Source: Laetmonice hystrix (lineage: Eukaryota). Taken from it: a stretch of 64,000 nucleotides of DNA. The stretch's first letter is position 1; each line of letters opens with the position of its first letter. Below are positions 57,579-64,000 of this stretch, one piece after another. The translations under genes and the position numbers were made by a program. The DNA lies in NCBI GenBank assembly GCA_965235115.1, contig OZ249441.1, forward strand, positions 23,560,001-23,624,000. Direction: 5' to 3'. The notes under the pieces were generated by a model. That model was not told where the DNA came from, did not search any database, and saw only the letters and a list, made by a program, of their open reading frames with translations.

Positions 57579-60500
57579 AGCACGCAGTCGGAACAGTCCC
57601 ATACCTTCCTGTACTACCGGTTGTACGTCACTGATCGCCAAGACAATGATCTGTACATAGTAACTGTACATCCTTCCGCCCATTGGGAAAACATCCAACC
57701 TGCAGTGTCACTGTAAATTTAAACTTACGTACATGTATGTCCTTTTTATGCCACAGACTTGATGGGGAAACAAGTTGTATTTAAAAAAAAAAGACTTCTT
57801 GTGAGGGGGAAAAATCTTTAAAAAATCTGTACCTTGTGAAGAGACCGTCCATAAGAACACGTGTACACTTCCTGTACACGTAGTTCTAACAATGACGGCA
57901 GATTATGGTAGAGTCGACGTTCTATTGTTTATTTATTACGTGGAAGTTCAACTTGATTTCGTGACAAATGTGTTATTTTTAACCAACAACATCTTTTACT
58001 GAAGTTAGTAAACTCGGGGACGGGTCTATATTTGACTTTGGGTCAACTCCATACAAGACGAAATCATAGAATAGAATAAGACATTGCAACCAATTGATAA
58101 CTGCTGTTTGATGTGGGGCACACAAAACCCAAAGTCGATTCCGTATGTTTATATATCATTACCACAGTTGTCCGACCAGTTAATAGGAAAGCTAAAATTG
58201 TTTGTATTATACGGCCGTCGGACATGACCAACAGAAAACACCAAAACTCCTGACACATTACTATTCTGCTGACTTAAAAATGTTTCCATCTAAAGATATT
58301 GTGATATCCAAGAGAAATGATGTAATATAACACTTCATTATTTATATTGTATTTTTTTTTTCATTCAAATGCAATATGGAGTCGTGTTTCCTACTCGACT
58401 TTTTCGTAGTTAGATACTCTTGTCTTTCGACGAAGCTGTGCATGTTGATTTTCTGTTGTAAAATAAATAAAAGTTAAAGCTGGTCTATTTAGACATCAGT
58501 CCTGCCTATAATGTCGTGTTTTATATGATTCCTGAATCTAAGCAAGTCTTTATACCTGCGTGAACGCAAATAATTCCCGTATTGCTTGTCGGAGGGAAGG
58601 CTAGATTACGTCATGCCGTAAATAAGGCTAGACTACGTCATGCCCTAAAAATAGGCTCGAGGCGGAGCCGAGAGCATATTCGGGGAATGAAGCGTGCACC
58701 GGCCTGCACGAGAGCGAAGCCGACAAATCTATCTACGTTATATATACACGGCTGGAAATAAAGGTTACATTAGGCCCTTATAAATCTTGCATTATGAAAG
58801 TGTTCTTTAACTTCTATATCGCGGTATCAGCGTGTTTCAACCACATATTGATACCTACTGCTGACAAACTCTACAGCCCGCCTGTATGTATCTGTTGACT
58901 CGTGCACCAGGCGCTCTAAGCATTTTTATCCTCGATCCCTGTGCGCTGTGCACATTTCCCCAGTTGGTGCGCAATTTACGCTTACACGGGATCTAAGTGT
59001 TGATATGTGGGGAAGGGTCGGCCGGCGATCGTGACAGGAAACGGGCCCATGGTTAGCGGGCGATGGACAGGTGACGCTTTCACGGCAGTTTGTGTGCCTC
59101 GGATCAGCTTAAAGTCGGCCTCATCCCTTGGAGAGTTTACCTGAACCAGAAGCTGACCACTTGGGTCTGTCGGTCCCGCCGCCGCTTCCTGCCGGCTCAG
59201 ATGAAGCCGACCATTGTGTCGGTCACACATCGTCCATTGTTTATGGTGGAGACCAGGCGGTGGATCCAGCCCCAAGTAAGAGATCCGAACCGAGCCTCAG
59301 TTTATGTTTTAGGGGTGGTATGATGTTATTTCACAATGCGGCGCTCTGTGACCAACAGGAAACGGATTACGGGGGAGACTTGGGATCGACACTTTAGATG
59401 CGGATCGCCGGTCGGTCGGGTTCTTTCTACCTAATGGGAGGAATACAGATTAACGGTGTCCGTCTGGCCGGGGGGGGGGGGTCAACTCCCCTTAACTTGA
59501 GGTGGGGGGTGGGGGGTCCACGGGAGTATTAGAGATTTTTGTTTACAAAACATTTGCCATCTTGAAGTGATAGTTTATGGTGGAGCTATGTAGACCATGC
59601 ACTTTTTTCAATCCACCATCTTATATTATTATGTCGTATAGCCCTTTAAACGTTTTTCACTTTCTTTCAAAGATACTTTTTTAAATAAACCAATGCAAAC
59701 TTTCAGAATAGCTGCCGTTTTTAGAATATTATATTAAATATAAGTAATTTATTAAAAAGAGAAAAATCAGTTGTCAGTTCGGATACAATCAAGAGGGGTG
59801 CATGGTGATAGCGTACACGTGGGGAACCCAAGTTTACTTTTTTTTAAGAGATTCTGGTGAGACTGTTGCATGCAGTTTATTAATGTTTCCGAGAGGTTAC
59901 AGTAAAAGTCACGGTTGTCGAGAACATAATGAACGATATCGACTTCCTGGTTCAGCGTGACGCGCTCTGCCAACAATTGTTTAACCTCCTCGGTACTGCT
60001 CAGTGCACTTCGACTTGGTTTTCCACGCACCCGGAATCTTTTGTGTGATACAAGTTTACGCTCCCCTCCTAGTTCTTTATCAGATTACAGGCCCCGTACT
60101 GATTAGCAGGCCTTTACCGATTAGCTGGGATTTACGGTTGCCCGAGTCTGTGATCAGAAGTCAAAAGCTCACCGTGGGAACGATTGGGTTTCAAGGTGGC
60201 GGGGACCCAGCCTCCGATACCTCAACCTCCGACATTTGATCAGGCGGTCCTTGGGGAACACCCAATACCCCTTCCTGGTGCTATAGGTTACAAATCCGCC
60301 GCCCTGCTCGGGGCCACCTCTTGTCTTAATTGGCCCCACGGGTGCACACTTTCTCATCGGCTCCCTCTCCGTATTATGTATTAATTCACAAAAATTATGT
60401 CGACATTCAGCGGTCTTCAAAGGAGGTCGGAGGATTGGAGACGACATAAAAGGAGGCGGGGGGCGGCGATCTTTTTGTCGGGTACAGGTGTGTTTGACTG

Positions 60501-63500
60501 CCGGCTCCCTCTTTGTGCCTTACCTATGGTCGGATCGGGTTTCGGGGCTCACACTTGGCCAGGGCAGATATAGCTATTTGCTAACATTTTGACTGCCATA
60601 AAGCTTTCGAGTGCAGGGTAAACATAACACATAATTTGTACTTTATATACTACAGCTGACTATGCGACACTATCTTTGTTTTTTTCTCTCTCTCCATATT
60701 TTCATTTCAACTTATTTTATCTCCGCCTTTTTTATTCTTTTATCACGTATAGGCCCCTATATGTAAAGTCTGCAGACAGGACAATTGGGATTGGGAATAT
60801 TTGTTGTATTTAAAAACTCGATTTGTGATCTTTATATCCTATAGCGGAAGACGTGGGATTTAGGAAGAATTGCGTGGTCACATCCCCCCCCCTTTGTTTA
60901 TATAAACATATGTTAATGATGGAATATTCTGAGTTTATTTAAACGAAGGTTTCATATTACAAGGGCTTCCTATTATGGTCTCAGCACGCATGTGATTTCT
61001 GGATCTATATAACTTTGTGAACGATCACGGCTATTGACGCAGGAGTCAATAAAGTCGGGCATCTGACATTCTTTTGTGCAAAAAGGATTAGACATGAATA
61101 GGTCCATTTATTCTATTATCATTATTATAATCATCGCCATCATTATCATGGGTTTATGCAGACAGGACAAAAGAAGGTAATAGTTGTAGTAATCACAACT
61201 ATGCTTGTAATATACTTGATGTGCTATTATGTTGATGTTTTTAAGATATAATAAAATTGATATAATAAAATTGATTGTATGTATATGGTGTTGTACTGTT
61301 CCTACCTCTTTTATGCATGGATTCATTTACATACATGTACGTAAACGGGACATATAGCTGCAAGTTATTGTATTTTATTGCTTGAACCGGGAAGGAAGGT
61401 CAGGCTTTTGGTCACAGCAGCCTTATTATAGTGCTGACATGGCAAGGGGTGACTCGAATAACGTGATGAGTGCATACCTTTTATCAACAGTTTTTGAGCC
61501 TATATTTTTTTCTAAGCAACACATCGAAATGATTTGTTTCAGATCGTTTGCTACCTGGCGCACATAATAATGGTGTCAGGGGGTGTGGTGTCATCAATTT
61601 GACAAGATGTGCTCGACCGCGTCTCCGTGGACGAGTTGAATGAATGGTGGTCGAGACCCGACCCTGAAACAGTCATGAAATTTGTGGGGCCGGCATGTGA
61701 TGGAGCTAGTTTCGGTTACGGAGGGCCGGGGCACCTGGAAGGGTTGGCACGCAGGTGGTTGTATACGTGGCCGTGGGTAAGGCCACCGAAGGCCGCCGCT
61801 GGTGGCTTTGTTTTTCCCCCCATGCTAACCCCGGAGGTCCAATGTTTAAACTGCCTCCGCAGCAACTGTCCACTGGCATGACACTACGCGCACGCCAGTC
61901 GATTGGGAAACAATCGTCACACATTCACGTTCACTCAACGAATACAAAAGCCGGGTTTCCTATCAATGCAATCATGGCGACCAGCCGTCGACTGACGACT
62001 CTTTAAGTTCGCATGTCATCAGCTCATCAATGCATCGGAGGCGTAAGGTCGTGGCCATGCCAGCGTCCAATCAAGTCGATGAACGCGGCTTGTCCTTTAT
62101 AGGGACGAACCCTTTCGGCGACCAGCCTATATACCTGCCCTCCGCCTCGGGCAACGGGTCTCACCATTGAGGACACAACCAACTGACACGAATGTTCGTG
62201 TTCACAAATTACCAAAAATTATCCTTTGGTGCTCATCAGAGTTCCGCGCTTTTAAGAGACGTAGAAGAAGTAAGGTCGCGGCTAACTTAAAGGAGTTCTG
62301 CCCCCTGTTTTATGTTATATACCCTTCACCTCAAGCGGGGTGGTCGCCTTTGCCCTTTTCTGGGGGTGATGACCAGGGTGTTTAAGTTGACGACCGGTGT
62401 AACATCCTCTTGCGTCCTGTAGGCCAATATCCGTTGTGGTTCAGAGCGTACCGTGCCAAACAACCCGTCACACAACCAGTCAACGCGTGTCGTCTGCCAG
62501 GCCGGCGTCGACGTCACGCCATGACGTACCTTTTTGTCAGGCCCACGTGGCTCGGCCGGATAATGATGCTGTTCGTGGAGGTGTGAATGGGGATGTCCCC
62601 TTCAACCAAATTGGGGGGTTATCGATGGCCTGTACCACTCCTATGGGTAGGTGGGCGAGATCTTTATCACAAACCGCGTTTTATAACGAGAAGGGGTCCT
62701 TGCTCAGCACAGCCCCATGCAGGGAGTCGTACATCTATAGGTGTAATATCAGATTAAATATGTACAAATGATAATCATTGAATTACATGTGATTTTTGCC
62801 ATTTTCTGTGTTAAGTTCTTTCAGTTCTTCCATGTTAAGAACTTTTTACCGTGCCTCTCTCTCTCTCTGTCTCTCTGTCTCGGAAGATGGATATTAAAAT
62901 GGCTACAATATGTGAGCAAGGTCAATTGTATACACAGATTTGTCAATAGGGAGGCCTATCAGTTCAGTGGACGCCCCTTAAATTTTATTGCTTCAATAGA
63001 TGATCGTGTAAGAAAGACATCCATCAAAAACTGGTTATGATTAATATAATGTATCTATGTAGGCCTAAGAGAGTATATAAAATAAGTTCCACATTGCCAT
63101 CATCCCGGGGGGCGGGGGTTAGAAACTATGTGCTCGTCCTGAGTATACGGCCACAGCGTTATCCTCCCTAACTACTCACAAATTGGGCATTTAAAGTCTT
63201 AGTCTTCAGGGTGTCCCGGGCCCCCTCCCAGTCCCATGACCCTCTCCCGCCCCCACCCCACCCCTAGTCGACCTCACCCCTGTTCCTCTACCACACCACC
63301 ATATGCCTCCAAGGTGTTGTCGTGCACCGCCGGTCAAAGAGCCCTTCACATGGCCCAACCTCATGCAAAAACCTTATAACGTAATGTTTCTTATTGATAC
63401 ACGGTCCCGCCATCGGGGCCATTAGGGCGTGACACCCTTTAATTGATTGGCGATTTATTCTCGCCCGAACGTGCAGGTATACATTGAAACCCTGTGTTTT

Positions 63501-64000
63501 CAACAGATGGGTTCTCAGCAGATGGTATACACCATATTCAGTCCTCGGCACCAACTGATGCGGTCAGTAGAGATGTGGAGTTTATAGCAACACGTTGAGG
63601 TGTTTTGAGTTCGTTCACTATTATGGCATAGTTCGAACCGATTCTGATCCTTAATATGCGGCCTTTCTATAACATGGATTTATCTCGCCATTTCTAATTT
63701 TTTTCCATGCAACAATTCTGAATCAATTCAAATGAATCAAAATAACATGACTTGTCAAAGGTCCCTCAGTCAACATATATTTGCAAAGCCGTGGATATAG
63801 AATGCTATGATATACGTTATACCATGCACAGGCAGTAATTACGGCCGTTAAATTATACTGGTCGTGCACCATATAGGCCCTATATACCACACACAACCAT
63901 GCACGCCTTGTCAATTTCAAACAACCCGACTCCAATTTGCCGTAGATGAAATTGAGATGTCAGTGCACTCTTCTGGTTGTTGCGGTGACAGAGAGTATCC

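Overview
Intron-rich, AT-rich animal (invertebrate-type) genomic DNA, not prokaryotic; no CRISPR, rRNA or tRNA seen. I hand-spliced four complete protein-coding genes, with GT-AG junctions and consistent phases throughout: AMBRA1 (minus, 14 coding exons, about 1374 aa), DHX33 (plus, 20 coding exons, about 668 aa), an adrenodoxin-type ferredoxin FDX1 (minus, 4 exons, about 168 aa) and RSPH3 (plus, 7 exons, about 404 aa). They form two head-to-head pairs, and the FDX1/RSPH3 spacer carries RFX X-box-like motifs. Introns hold a decayed APE-RT LINE, an internally deleted Tc1/mariner element, several MITEs, minisatellites and several decayed exon-like segments. The most unusual signals are: (1) tandem arrays that duplicate a 3' splice site plus the start of the next exon (7 acceptors in DHX33, 3 in RSPH3, a possible 8-copy case in AMBRA1 intron 2); (2) a NADAR/YbiA-like peptide remnant in the ORF1 position of the LINE; (3) candidate unrecognised pseudogenes, one nested antisense in AMBRA1 intron 2 and one between DHX33 and FDX1. 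All assignments are by eye, without database searches.
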